Shown here: positions 40,588 to 57,093 of the stretch, one piece after another
How positions within the stretch are numbered: position 1 is the first letter of the stretch
How the letters are laid out: every line of letters starts with the position of its first letter
DNA from: Octopus vulgaris
Lineage: Eukaryota
Length of the DNA stretch: 64,000 bases
Assembly (NCBI GenBank): GCA_951406725.2
Contig: OX597824.1
Span: 63,674,001-63,738,000 of the forward strand
Direction: 5' to 3'
Notes under the pieces: model-generated
The model's database searches: none
What the model saw: the letters and a program-made list of their open reading frames with translations, nothing else
What the model was told of the DNA's origin: nothing
Made by a program: the position numbers and the translations under genes

Positions 40588-41670
40588 CTAAAATACACCT
40601 TCTGTATAACCCCCACACCCCTATCCAAATTTTTTTTTTTTTTACTCATCTCTTTCTCTGCTTATTTACCTTCCCTACATTTATTTGGTCTATCTAACTT
40701 ATCACTTTTAAATTCTCTATTTTATATTTGTAGACACCTTAAGTATATACTACTTTAAGTGTAATATTAACAATAGCTTCTCAGTTTTTACTTATTTTTT
40801 CCTTTATTATTAATACGTGTTACCTTAATATGATTTTTATATAAACATGTGTCATTTATATAGATCATCTTCTCTCTTTATAATTCATACCTCTATTTGT
40901 TGCTATTTGTTTACGTTAACTATCTAGTATTAGCTTCTCAAATACCCCTTCTTCATTCTTCTGTATATATTTTTTAAAAATATATTATACTACGTATTGA
41001 TTTCAACGGTTAAGTTTAATTTATATTTGGTACTGTCGTCCCACTGGACATTTCTCCTACTTACTTGCCCAACGCTATATATATGGAGCTATAATTCTAA
41101 TTTCCACACTCATCTATAGAGGGAACATCTCCAATACCTCTTTTATTTTCAAATGACCGTTGAAGTCGTTAGTTATGATTCATCATCCAACATGACTCCC
41201 GTCTCTTTCGCGCACGGATAACAATTTGACTCTCCTAGATCTAATTTTTTCTTCTCTATTTTTTTAATGTTACTTATATTATGGTTTCTCTCCTTCTGCA
41301 CTGCAGAGTATTTACGATGACATTGATTTGATTTAATTCAATCATGAATTTATATTTTTATATCTTTGTACGAAGCGATTGTCTGAAAGAAACTTCTTAT
41401 GAATTTTAACAACTTGTTTCTTCCATTTTTAACGAATCTGTATATCTTGGGATGTCTACTATATGAGAACTGTAACCCACATGGATCTACGCAAGATTGC
41501 ACCTAAAGACTGAGGCTTTGGTTTCTATAATTTCGGAAAGTTGAATTATGAACTTTTATGCTTCTTCTTTCTTATCTTTTTCCATATCCTTATTCATTTA
41601 CTCCCTTCCTCTATGTTATCATCTTATTGATATATACCATTCTCATTTTCCATATTTTTTCCTCAATTTG

Positions 41671-41719
41671 TCTCTGATAACGGAATATACTCGGGGATAT
41701 CCCAGAAATAGCTGTAAGA
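41671..41719 (+). ncRNA. Degenerate minimal hammerhead motif
   Basis: tct-CTGATAA-cggaatat..atatccca-GAAA-tagctg-TA-aga: G8A core change and near-palindromic stem III. Confidence 0.5.
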
Positions 41720-41803
41720 TTTTGAATTTCTTCCTATAATAATATTGTATATGCCTTGAGATTTTTTCCTTAATGTTTGACGTCCTGTTTAAAAACTACA
41801 TTT

Positions 41804-41849
<46 letters not shown>

Positions 41850-41860
41850 CTTGTTAAACA

Positions 41861-42236
41861 GGATGTAGGAGTGGCTGTGTGGTAAATAGCTTGATTACGA
41901 ACCACATGGTTCCGGGTTCAGTTCCACTGCGTGGCACCTTGGGCAAGTGTCTTCTACTATAGCCTAGGGCCGACCAAAGAAACTGAAAGAAGCGTGCCGT
42001 ATACATGTATATATATGTATTTGTGTGTATGTTTGTGTGTCTGTGTTTGTCCCTCCCCCAACATCGCTTGACAACCGATGCTGGTGTGTTTACGTCCCCG
42101 TAACATAGCGGTTCGGCAAAAGAGAACGATAGAATAAGTACTACGCATACAAATAATAAGTCCTGGGGTCGATTTTCTCGACGAAAGGAGGTGCTCCAGC
42201 ATGACCACAGTCAAATGACTGAAACAAGTAAAAGAA
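41861..42236 (+). mobile_element. tRNA-derived SINE (family A), nearly full length
   Basis: tggctgtgtggtaa..ggttcagttcc head, internal (TA/TG)n, tail ..ggtgctccagcatg..gactgaaacaagtaaaag (tail alone also at 22307-22357). Confidence 0.8.
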
Positions 42237-42334
42237 CATATATATATATTTATATGTATAATACATATACATACATATTTATATATATACATACACATTT
42301 ATACATACATATATATATATACATACATATATAC

Positions 42335-42452
<118 letters not shown>

Positions 42453-43099
42453 ACATATATATATATACTGACAGGGGAGATAGTCGCCCCACAGCGAACG
42501 AGATCACCATAGTAATCTAGTCTCGGCTAAAGTTAAAGCTCATCACTGGAGATTTCGCTGAATGATTTGGCTAAATCCTGAGTGTCAGTATATAGTATTT
42601 ACCATATGAATCAATGGCTGATTCAGCAAGATGGTAACATGAAAATTTTAAAATAACGAAGGTGGTTATACGCAATGTGAAACGTTCAAGGAAAAATTCA
42701 GTAGTCATTGATTGTGACCTTCATTGCTAGAAATAAGAGTAAAAAACCCTTAGATCCTGCATTTTTCGGCATTGATTTTAATTCTTATTTTTGTCAACGT
42801 AGGTGCTACGCTGCACTGTTGGTCATAGTTAGTAACAATTGAATTTGTTATTTTTCGTTTTATATTGTGTATAACCGCTTTCGTTAAATTATATATATAA
42901 GTATATATGTTTATTTATATATATATATATATTGGTGGGGGGCATGCGTGTATGTAGCAGTGTGAGTAAGTATGCACGTGCATGTATGTATATAATTTAA
43001 TGCTATAAAGTGTCCACTGAAAATACGTAGTTGTTGAGTGCCTATATATACATACACAGAAACACATAAACACCCGTGCATACTTATAAATATATATAT

Positions 43100-43171
<72 letters not shown>

Positions 43172-43172
<1 letters not shown>

Positions 43173-43352
43173 TGGTAATTTTATATAAGCTTAAAGCGAT
43201 CCCCGTGCAATACCTAAGGAAAATAGTCTAATGAAGGGAATAGGGAAGCCTTCTTTTTTCTGTCGAGGGCTTATATGCCCCTTTATTAGACTATTTTCCT
43301 TAGTCATTACACGGTGATCACCATAAGCTTTAAGCGTGTATAAAAATACCAT
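43172..43352. repeat. Imperfect inverted repeat (~67-74 bp arms) between (TA)n tracts
   Basis: 43172-43238 pairs with 43279-43352; perfect 19-bp core 43214-43232 / 43285-43303. Confidence 0.85.
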
Positions 43353-43371
43353 TCGCACCGATATATGTATA

Positions 43372-43436
<65 letters not shown>

Positions 43437-45419
43437 AACCAAGTAATAGAAATTTAGAAATTTGGGCAGCCATATTCAGTGGGTCTTTGCCTGTCGAACT
43501 TGGCTATGTCGAACAACCAACGGAGACCATGAACTCTGAAAAGAATTTATATCTGCCTTTCACCCTTCCGGGATCGATAAAGAAAAGTTCAAGTCAAATA
43601 CTGGAGTCGAAGTTATCGACTTACCCCCATCCACTCAAAGTATCTGGCTTTTGGCTTAAATTAAAAAACTTTTCTGAAGAACAAGTGACAGCATAATTTC
43701 AAAACAGATCGGTTTTGAGAAACGGTGTCTGGTTAAATTACAATTATATAGGCGCAATATTTTCTTGTGTAAAATGATATATTAAGTACAACGTTTGCTG
43801 TAAAAGCAGCAGTATTAGCTGTTGTTATTGTTGATGTCGTTGTTGTCATTATTGTTGTTAGTTGGGTAGATGATATTGTCCTTATTTTCCTTTGTTTTCA
43901 GAAAACTAGTTTTGTAAATATGATCTCCAATAAGTGAAATGGTATACATAGTTCCATTGCAGAAATGACCATTGGAAATAACTAAATTGTAGCCTTTTAA
44001 TTTAAATCACACTCCCCATGTAAATTAACCGTTAATTCCAATTTGCTATAATTTCAATAATCAGAAATATTACATTTGATTGTGTCTCGCACAAAATTTA
44101 ATATATATTTAACAAATTTATTGCTCTAACTCCTCAAAAGTTTTCTAAATGGCTACCGCAATTGTATGACATATACGGAAAATTATCAATGTATATTATC
44201 TTTAAACAAAGCATTAACTTCCTTCGAAATTGCAGAAGATGATGAGATTAACTGCAACCATCTGTAAACTCACATAAACCATGTCATCAGAAATATTCCA
44301 TCACAAAAACTGAATAACATTGCAATTTTAAATCAGGTTCTATAAGATATTCAGACAACCGAGATCATTTCCGTCCAGTTCTTTGTTTAAGTTCGAAGCT
44401 GCATATTTATCAGATATATCATTCGCAATCACGTATTGATTTCTTTTTTACATGTACCCACATTTACCCACAATATAAAATGTCAGAAGAACGGAACACA
44501 ATTGATTAATTTGAATTGAATTTCCACCACACCTGATTTCATTTATTGATCTCGGTTCGATGTGGATGAAAACAATCGACAACATAGACGTAATATACTT
44601 GAAAATTAAGCGGGTTAAACTGACTATTCAAATGTCTTTAGTCTGATGTTATATTATATATTCTGAAAGTCTTTAACAGCCAGAAAACTTGCCGTAACTC
44701 ATAAAGCGACAACTGCCAACAACGAATGGTGAATGATATTTCATCTGACGTAAGAATTGCGGATTCGACTCGCAGAGCACCTTCATCAATCAGATAACCC
44801 ACAAGTACAACTGTATGATTAAAATGATGTGTTCCCAACAACATAGTTTCAGATTCTATCCCGCTGCGTGGCATTTTTGTCTTCTTCAAATGCGTTTTAC
44901 TGTAGTCTCAGATCCACCAATATATCGTTGTTGAAATATAGGAGACATAAATAATATTGGAACTCGTCGAAAAGACAATGTTTGTACTGGGTTTAGAGAT
45001 TTAATCTACCACTTGGCTTTAACTGTACTTAGAATGACCTAGAGTAACATCAGCGCCGTCTGCTCTGTTGCAAGTATTTGAGCAGGGTCCACGGTTTGAG
45101 AATAATTTACTTCTTTACTGACAACCTTCATAATCTTTGTCCTTCGATCTTTTATTCGGGGTTAAATAACCAAAGTAACTAAAGTTGCTTGGCTGAGTAA
45201 TAACAGAATTAAAATTAATTGGTAAAAGTTCTGAACCACGTTGCAGTAAATAACAACAGGCAGCTTAGCATTACACTACAGTGTCAGCATGTAAATGTTA
45301 GCGGCATGAAAATAACCTTTCTTTCAGTTCCAGCCATACTCATTGTAACCCTTTATACTAATATGAAGACTGTCTTAAATATAATTAATTCTATAACTTA
45401 TTTCAGTATTAATACTTGG

Positions 45420-45665
45420 AGCTATGCTGGGTTACTGCCTCGAAAGATTTGTTTCGGGTGTTGGACTCAGGATTGTGTTTTTGATTCCTGGATCGGGAAA
45501 TGCGTTGTGTTCTTGAGCAAAACGCTTCATTTCACATTGTTCCAGACCATTTAGTTGGCAAAAATGAGTAATTATGTGACGGATCAACGTCCCGTCCAAG
45601 AGGAGAATATATATACCATAGGATTCGGGAAACAAGCCTTGTGAGCCTATGACTCACGAAGGGCC
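45420..45665 (+). mobile_element. Decayed tRNA-derived SINE (family B)
   Basis: Shares ggcaaaaatgagtaat..gacgga.ca.c.tcccgtcca.g with 24850-24900. Confidence 0.6.
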
Positions 45666-45686
45666 TTTGAAATATATATATATACA

Positions 45687-45746
<60 letters not shown>

Positions 45747-45832
45747 TATACATACATACATACATATATCCTATCACCTATACAGGTGCTTACTTTTATC
45801 AAGTATTCACCCTGAATTTATATATATATATA

Positions 45833-46040
45833 TACAGGGTAGGCCAAAAGTCTCCTGACAGTAAATCAAAACCATTCAATTCCAAGATCTATTTATGTAT
45901 AACAAGTGAATGAATTTAATAAAAGTATCTAAATATGAAACATCATGAAAATTATTCAAAATGAAGTCCTTCGTGAGCGACACATTTTTCCATTCGAGTC
46001 AATACAGAATCACAGATAGTATTTATGGAAGTTTGATTTA
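45833..46040 (-). mobile_element. 3' end of a Tc1/mariner-superfamily transposon
   Basis: TA-CAGGGT terminus at 45833; minus frame NQTSINTICDSVLTRMEKCVAHEGLHFE* resembles a transposase C-terminus. Confidence 0.6.
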
Positions 46041-47971
46041 GCGTCGGGTAACGTCTGACAAACCCTATACACACTCACACACACACACAGAGAGGAGTGG
46101 ACAGCGTGCTGTGACCAGCGGTGTCAAATGGACGCCTGACGGACTAGTCGGTCAAGGTGATCAAGGTGATATATATATATATATATATATATACTCCTGC
46201 AGAACTTCGAACCTCGATTAGATGAGTTATTTGTAATTTTGTAACTTTAAGACCTGAGCGTAAATCTGCAATATATCTTATGTTCTATCAGTGATACATA
46301 TTCTATAATTACTTGTGTAACACCTGATGCAATCTCCAGCTTCTCTGAAATTCGTATACTTGGATATTGATTTGCTTTCTACAGGTAAGATGTAATCAAA
46401 GAAGTATTTCCATTCCCTGATAAACAATAAGATTTCTAGAACGTTCCAACTTTTTCCAATATCTTTCAATAGATCCGCAGGATAAGCGGATAAGAGCTGA
46501 AGGAAAGACAATAGTCACAATAGGTTTCGACTAATCCATTATCGCGTATTACTCAGAATGGCTGTTCATTGCAGCAGTAGCATTGACAGAAGCAGAACGA
46601 AATTCTGTGTTCAAATCCCACCGTGGTTAGCTTTGCCTTTAACCTTTCCAGTGTTGGCTATTATGAATACCAACAACTAAGATCGATATAATAATCTGCA
46701 CCATCCTCTAAAGAAAATTAGTGGCATCATGCCAGAGAGAACGTCGCAGAAATGGTATACATTTATCTCCTTTTGCTTTCTGAGTTCAAATCATTCTTGA
46801 CTAGACTATAAGCAGTCTTCTAAACATGATCGATAGCCTGCATAGCAGTAGATTCAAAACAATGCACGTACTTTCTTACAAATCAGTGTCTTTTCACTGG
46901 TGTTGGAAACCATTAATTAGGGGTGGATTTATAAAGTTTACGAGAGATTTTATGTAAATACGTTTTCATATGGGGATATAGTTTGGGGTATCATGAAAAA
47001 GAAACATTAATCCAGAAATGTTCGTTTTCCTATAAAGATTTTTAATTAGAATCTTTTGTGACTTTTATTGTCAATGAAAATTTCATAAAGCATTCTTCAG
47101 ATTTTTCCCCAAATGTTAACATCAAATAGGCTGGTCTCTATACAGAGTAAGGATTTTGTAGTTAAAAGGAAACGTCTTTGTTTGTCATGTCTGGTAGCCA
47201 GAGATTAGGGTTGTAAATATTCATGAAATCAACGAGACCCCACCACATTCAAAGACCAAAGCTTCTTTGGTCTTTGAATTCATAGCAGTTAGTCAACTGT
47301 GATTAAAAAGTTCGCTTCGTAATCACGATTCCGTTGCGTTGCATCTTGGGCAAATGTCAGTTAATATTACCTCAGATCACCCCATACCTAGTGAGTGAAA
47401 TTGAATAAACAGAAACTATTGAAAGGGTCTAGCCTTGTTAAGTGGACTGCGCTTGAGAATTACATTCAAGATAATACTCGACCACTCGCGTGTCCATAGA
47501 ATGAGCCTCATTCTATTGATGAAAATTCTGACTCAGACCCATTTTAATTCTCTGACACTTCAATACCAACAAAAAAATAACGTCAAATAATATCAATTCT
47601 TTCCTTTATGAATTTGCAGAGGTGGAATTAGAGTTGGTTAGCATTCTGATTGTTGTACATTCTAATGTATTGTTTGCTCGGAATTTTAAGTATACTGTTG
47701 TTGCTAGAGTTGGTATTGTTTCTTTTGATAATGTGGAAGAATTTGTCCATTTTTGTTGCCAGCACCATCACTATTATCACCATTGTTACCTTTATCATAG
47801 TCATCATCTTCATCATCATCATCATCATTATTATCATCACCATCATCATCATTGTTTCAGACACCAGAGTCTTCTTCAGCTTCCCACGCTTTTGTGAAAT
47901 CAATACCATATTTAATAGAGAAAAATGTGTATACAAACTTAATGCTTAATTAAATTTGTTCCACTAGAAGT

Positions 47972-48009
47972 TAAATAATAATAAAAATGATAATAATAAT
48001 AATAATAAT

Positions 48010-48098
<89 letters not shown>
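47972..48098. repeat. Compound (TAA)n/(CAA)n microsatellite
   Basis: Seen directly; abuts the R4/Dong fragment. Confidence 0.95.
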
Positions 48099-48099
<1 letters not shown>

Positions 48100-49100
48100 T
48101 CCTTCGTTCTGGATACTATTAACTGGCCTCATAGCAGATGAAGTGTATAATATTCTGGAAAAGAAGAACCAACTGGAAATCAAGGGTAACTGCTGATAGA
48201 TAGCAGAACATTGAGGTACAAAAAGGAGGAGTCCTATGACAATGTTCCATACAGTTGGTTTTCAGAATATCTGAGTACGGTCGGAGTGAATGAGAGGATA
48301 AACAACTCTTCTGGATAAAGCAGTGAGTGTGGGAAGTAGAACTGACATGTGCAAATGAATCACTAGGTAATGTGAAATCAGGCAGGGGCATTTTCGAAGG
48401 AGACTCGCTGTCTCCGTTACTCTTCCTGATTATATGAATATCTCTGGTAAGTTTACTGAGAAAGTCCGAACCTGCCTTTGATTTTGCCAGAATTAAGTTT
48501 AGCAGAAATCTACATTATATCAATCACCTTATGATAAATATAAAAATGAGACAGACCTGGACACTTTGGTCCAAGCAGTGAGATTATTGAGTAAATATAC
48601 TGGAATGCAGTTTGGAGTAGATAACTGCGCAGTTATAATTATGAAGACAAGCCGAAAGATAAATTCTGATGGCAAAGAATTACAAGTCATCATCATTAGA
48701 TCACTGTGGAATAATGAGGGATACAAATTCTTAAGAGTGCTGTAGGTTGATAAGATAATAGAAAGAGAAATGAGACAAAAGATAATTAAAAAGAAAAGAT
48801 AATTAGAAAAATGATGGAACTAAAATTTAATGGACATCATTAAAGCCATACGTACATACACAATACCAGTATTGAGTTACCCTTCGCCCTTTCTGTAATG
48901 GACAAAGCTCGAGCTGCAGAACTTGGATATAATTAGACAGTTGTTAACAATGCAAAACGCACTTCATCCTAAAGGTAATAGCGACCGACTTCATCTGCCA
49001 AGAAGGAAAGGTGATGCAGTATCATTAAATGCGGAAGTCACTGTTGGTGCTGCGATTCTGGGACTGAAGGATATGTTGTGTGGAGTAAAGAAATAATAAT
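48099..49100 (+). mobile_element. Decayed R4/Dong-clade RT fragment
   Basis: WILLTGLIADEVYNILE, GIFEGDSLSPLLFL, GMQFGVDNCA and RLHLPRRKG; many indels. Confidence 0.8.
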
Positions 49101-49886
49101 TTCGGTGGCCACTACCTGTAGAGTTAATTTTTGGTCCAGCTCTAATGTTGTTAATATACGGGAACGTATATCAGCATCTTTTCTTGCTGTTAACCCTTGA
49201 ACAAAAATTAAGCATTTGAACAATTCCGAAGTTGATTCATTTAATTTGAATTTTTCACACTCTCTGATAACTATCCCCAGCATAGGTGACGGAATCTTTA
49301 TCTTTTTTAACTAAATTTAAACATTGCCAATGAACTTCTTTCACTGAAAACTCTCTATAACATATTAACTGTTTCATCGAACCAAATCTCACTTGGTTTC
49401 TTCAGCAGAATATAGTTACAGTATTTTTCGTATTCGGCAGGGGATAACTTTCCTAAAAGTAATCGCACTTTCTCATCATTCCAAATTTTACATTCTTCTT
49501 TGAAGATTTCTTCGTATCTTCCAAAATATGAAGGAAAAGTAGTAACTTCTTCTGGGTTATAAATGAATTCACCAATCGAATTAGCTACGCTGTCTGACGA
49601 GAATGAACCTGAAGTATTTTCATACTTTTTCAATATTACTTCCAGTAACTGTTAGTATTGTTGTTGTTGATGTTGCAACTATACCATGCGAGCCAACAAA
49701 TCTTCCATGTTAAATAATTTTTTCTTTGGTTTCGTACCGAAAAAAAAAACTTTAAACGTCCTACGCAAGCATCGAATATCTCGTCGCCACTTTAATATCC
49801 TGCCACAGGTTGGCATAGATAATTATGCAGCAGAGGTATAATCAATGTGTTCACACATTGTTCACACGACGTACTTTGTGAGACTA

Positions 49887-49939
<53 letters not shown>

Positions 49940-50067
49940 GACTACAACCGATCACTACTCTCTCTAAGAGTTCGGCTAGTCTATTCTTCCAATCCCTCAA
50001 GGGTGTCAATGACTCTATCAATTTTGAGTTCAAATAGTACATTAATTTTACATATTCAAATAATACA
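49101..50067 (-). mobile_element. Truncated Ty3/gypsy (Mag-like) element: 5' LTR, PBS and gag N-terminus
   Basis: ORFs 49355-49633 (EFIYNPE..TFPSYFGRYEEIF..KVRLLLGKL) and 49038-49283 (ECEKFKL..FKCLIFVQGL..IRSRIL); PBS TGGCGACGAG at 49789-49780; putative LTR ~50067 (TGTA start) to 49791. Confidence 0.8.
49780..49789 (-). promoter_or_regulatory. tRNA primer-binding site of the gypsy element
   Basis: TGGCGACGAG immediately upstream of gag. Confidence 0.7.
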
Positions 50068-51304
50068 ATAATTTGAAATTTGATCACAAAGCCAGTAATT
50101 TTGAGGAGAGGAACTTTAATGGATACCATCGACCAAGTATTTGAATGATATTTTATTTTACCGAACCCGGTGGGATGAAAGACAAAGTGGACTCCGAAGT
50201 AAATTGAATCCTATTACTAGGAAGAAATACCACTAGGTATTTTGTGGGGTGCTCTAACAGTTCTGCTAGCTTGACACTTTTATTTAAATAAGAACATGTA
50301 ATCCAAATTTTGTGATAAGCAAGATTATCATTAGTTAAATGAAATATTAATGTCTACATCATAGAATACTATGGCTCTGTGGTGAACATTTTCGCTTCGC
50401 ATCTGAATGGATTCTGAATTAGGCGCACTGCGCGTCATATTGAACGATTATGCTTTGCTGTTGTTCCGGGATAGATCACTGCTGTCTGATAAAACTTAGC
50501 AGAAGGAGACTAGGTGAAAGTACGTGTGTGTGTATGTATGTGTGCGTGTGTGTGTGCTTGCGTGCGTGCGCGCGTGTTGACAAATAATTAGACTGAAAGC
50601 AATCAAGAAACTGGAGTTCGTTCATAAAATGATTGTTACGAGATCTTCCACGCATTTTATTAACAACGAAACTATGAGTTATATAAGGAAAATCTTATAA
50701 ACCGAATTGTCAAGTCTCCAGAGATTGCATAACTATCATTAGTAATACACAGTTGGGATCATTTGTGTGTATACTTTCGTAGTTCTCCTAGTGTTTTATT
50801 CCCATAAGGATCGAAAATCAAATGGAACAGTATGTGGATGGATTTTATTTTTAAAAATAACAATTTATTAATACTGTTAAGACAGTTAGCAGGCTGGACC
50901 ATTAGCACACCGAAGAAAATGCTAAGAAGCATTTCAATCGTATTTACGTTCTGAGTTAAAAATTCTGCCGAATTCGACTTTGCCGTTCACTTTTCGGGGT
51001 CGAAGAAATAAGTACCAGTTAAGCATTGGGGTCATTGTAATCGACTAGCTCTCTCCCAACAGATGTCAAGCCTTGTGCCTATTGAAGAAAGGGTTATTAT
51101 CATTTAAGACGTTGCACAGTATCTAATATAGTGATGTCGTTGATTGAAGACATTGTGTGTATCGGGGGTTTCTACTGTCTGTCAAATCACAAGGAACTCA
51201 GACTGACAGTACTTTAGGCAACATGTGAGCAATTCCATTTGATACCAATTTTTTTCAGTACACCAAGATTCTAGGGTATCATCATCTTCATCATCATCAT
51301 CATC

Positions 51305-51442
<138 letters not shown>

Positions 51443-51443
51443 T

Positions 51444-53233
<1,790 letters not shown>

Positions 53234-53235
53234 GA

Positions 53236-53298
<63 letters not shown>

Positions 53299-53300
53299 CA

Positions 53301-53853
53301 TTGAGTAAGAGAGAAGCACATGCTATCAAAGTGACACTGAGGTACACTACACGAAGCCAAATGTACCCATCATGACCACCCGTCTGATAAGGGTACATCA
53401 GGCACATGCATCACAACCACATGTGCGAGACATGGTGATTTCATATAAAAATAAACAACGCATGATCTTTCAGATGGAGCCCAGTTAGAATTTTCTTCAG
53501 GTTGAGTTATCTATTCTGTTCAAAAGGTCCCTGAATAAGGTTTGTTTAAGGATGATCAACGAAACAACCATGTTTCCAGGAATGAATTATTCAAAGCACA
53601 AAGAATTCCTCTCTACGCATGGCTGTGATGTTCCCCACTACTTCTGCTCGTGATCAGAAATGCACATACTGTCAGCCAACAAGGGGCATGCTCAACTTGT
53701 TAAGATTCTGGCAATTGACATGCAAATATGTATCATTGAGCAGAATATTTACTGTAGCCCTTATTTTAAACCAAGACAAAACAATGTACACGATAAATAC
53801 TTCCAATTAAAGATCAGAAGTCATGGAAGCAACTACCTCGGGGCATTTATTAT

Positions 53854-53950
<97 letters not shown>

Positions 53951-53983
53951 TTAATTATTATTATTATTATTATTATTATTATA

Positions 53984-54045
<62 letters not shown>

Positions 54046-54595
54046 CATTGAGTAAGAGAGAAGCACATGCTATCAAAGTGACACTGAGGTACACTACACG
54101 AAGCCAAATGTACCCATCATGACCACCCGTCTGATAAGGGTACATCAGGCACATGCATCACAACCACATGTGCGAGACATGGTGATTTCATATAAAAATA
54201 AACAACGCATGATCTTTCAGATGGAGCCCAGTTAGAATTTTCTTCAGGTTGAGTTATCCATTCTGTTCAAAAGGTCCCTGAATAAGGTTTGTTTAAGGAT
54301 GATCAACGAAACAACCATGTTTCCAGGAATGAATTATTCAAAGCACAAAGAATTCCTCTCTACGCATGGCTGTGATGTTCCCCACTACTTCTGCTCGTGA
54401 TCAGAAATGCACATACTGTCAGCCAACAAGGGGCATGCTCAACTTGTTAAGATTCTGGCAATTGACATGCAAATATGTATCATTGAGCAGAATATTTACT
54501 GTAGCCCTTATTTTAAACCAAGACAAAACAATGTACACGATAAATACTTCCAATTAAAGATCAGAAGTCATGGAAGCAACTACCTCGGGGCATTT
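53301..54595. repeat. Near-identical tandem duplication, 747 bp period (family D repeat + (GTT)n/(ATT)n)
   Basis: 53301-53848 vs 54048-54595; one T/C substitution noticed. Confidence 0.92.
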
Positions 54596-54600
54596 ATTAT

Positions 54601-54761
<161 letters not shown>

Positions 54762-54814
54762 ATGATGCTGATGCTGCTTCTGCTGCTGCTGCTGCTGTCA
54801 TTTTTATTATTATC

Positions 54815-55010
54815 AGGCGGTGAACTGGCAGAATCATTAGCACGCCGGAAAAAATGTTTAGCAGTATTACGTCCGTCGATCTGTTCTGAGTTCAAATTCC
54901 GCCGAAGTCGACTTTGCCTTTGATCCTTTCGAGGTCGATAAAATAAATGCTAGCTAAACAGTGGAGTCGATGTAATCGACTCACCCCCTCCCCCAAAAGT
55001 GCTGCCCTTG
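54815..55010 (+). mobile_element. SINE-like repeat, family C
   Basis: aggcggtgaactggcagaatc..gagttcaaattccgccgaagtcgactttgcc. Confidence 0.75.
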
Positions 55011-56809
55011 TTGACAATATGATATTATATTATTAACAATAAGTCATTTCACGCATTAAAATAATTTAGAATGGTTCCTTAGGTCCAAAGCCAACAATTT
55101 TGATTCAAAAATATCAGTCGATACCATCAACTCTAGGTACTTTTCTGATATGTTGACCTCCGAACGGATGAAAGTTAAAGACGACATCGGCGGGAAAATG
55201 GGACCATCTAATACCATCGTCTCCATCATAGTTTATCATTATGACCGATATCATAATAATAGAACTATCGCTTTCGGTACCGATCTCTCTCACCCATCAC
55301 ATTCAAACATTCTCCCTCCCCCTCTCTCTACATCTCTCTCTCATTTTACATATATGCATGTGTACGAAGTGTGCATTTTTACTTATATATATAATATATA
55401 TATATATATGTATGCCATTCTTAAGCTACAAATACAATAATAGAATATTTTATTTAAAATCAACAAATAATGAGGAAAACACCAGGAAAAGAACTGAGAT
55501 TTTCTTCAGACTTTGCAGTCATTCCTCGCAGCTCTTTGCACAAATATAATTTTCTAATTTTATATTTTTGAATAATAATTTTAAGCAATGAAACCAAAAG
55601 GTCAATTGAAAATACGATTCCATAGGATAAATCAAGAAATGTAATATTCAGTATTGTGACATAACATGTAGAAGCCACATATATCTACAGGGTGAACTTT
55701 CAGTGACATTTCTTGGTATCGGGATTACATCATGGCATTTACATTTAGTTCGTTTATATTTCCAAAAACGGTTTGTGTTTGTTTTCGTTTTGTTTTGTGT
55801 TATTTTCTTTTTTTTCAGTAAAGAATTGGCTTTAAGAGGGAAAAATTAATCGGAAAACAATAAACAAATCGATAAACAAAATATTTACTGGCATTTCTAA
55901 TTGACAGACTTTTTATTTCCTTTACAACATTTAATGTTTTCAGTCACCTTAATTTTGAAGGATATCATTTTCTGATGATATTCTGCCATCATGCACCATG
56001 ATAATAAATCACAGCGAGCATCAGCTGGAAATGTGGTTATTTTAAAATTTATCATTGTAATGAAGCCATTCAACGTTTAAAAGAAATTAATTGGTCAATG
56101 CGTACCAGTGGGCGAATAGGAATTCAGTATGGGATTATGATTATAATATGGACAATATTTAAGCATGTTCGTTTAACTCATCTCAATCAAACAGGAAATT
56201 CATAAATCACTGCCAATCTTCGAAGCGGTCTAGAGACAAATGACTTAGCATTACAAATCTACATGTTATGTTAAACAATGTACGTGACAAACTAGTGGAA
56301 GAACCATTAAGTAATTTGAAGTGCAAGAAATATCAGCTAAATCTCACTTGAATGACATTATATTGTCTTAAAAATGGAAGAAGACATTATGTAACGTAGT
56401 ACCCGATAAGTTATGGATTTAAAAATACGTAACTGTCACAGCTGAAACGCTTAGGGTGATATGCTTTTTTGAAAAGAGATAACTTTGGATTAAACAACAA
56501 GGAGACAATAACATATTGGATAGGTAGAGAACCCGAGTGCCAGTAAGTTATTTTTATGTAACGGCGTTTAAAGCTTCTCATCTTTAGAATTAACACCTTT
56601 ATTTCAAGGGTCATCATGTCACTAGCTCTGAGAAAGACTTGCTGGACTTGGATACGTCTCTGAGAGAGAGAGATCTCAGGCCTAGTTGTTCGCTCTTGCA
56701 GAAACAGCTGCTGATTCTCCATCAAAGTATACCCAACCGCTTTTTAAAATTTAACACTCGTTGATTCATGTAATTTCAGATGTATTCTGACTGAAAAACA
56801 AAATGACGA

Positions 56810-57093
56810 GAATGTCACGGCCTGGTCCACCTTTTGGGGCATAAAACTGCTTCATCATATCTAATCTGAAACTACGAGGAGGTGCTGAACAGTTTCCTAG
56901 CTTTAAGGGTGTCGCGAAAGGCATGGATGGAGGCCCAACCTTCCGAGTTCTTTTACAGGCTTGGAAAAACTGAAGGACCGTTGCAATAAGTGTGCGATTC
57001 TGAGAGGGGAAAATGTTAAAGAAAATCATAATTAACTGATCCTATTGTATTTTCTTTTAGCCAAAACCAGGAGCCTTTCAGCACCCCGTCGTA
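56810..57093 (+). mobile_element. 3' remnant of a mariner transposon
   Basis: KAWMEAQPSEFF/(frameshift)TGLEKLKDRCNKCAILRGENVKE, ending in TIR-like ctttcagcaccccgtcg-TA. Confidence 0.65.
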
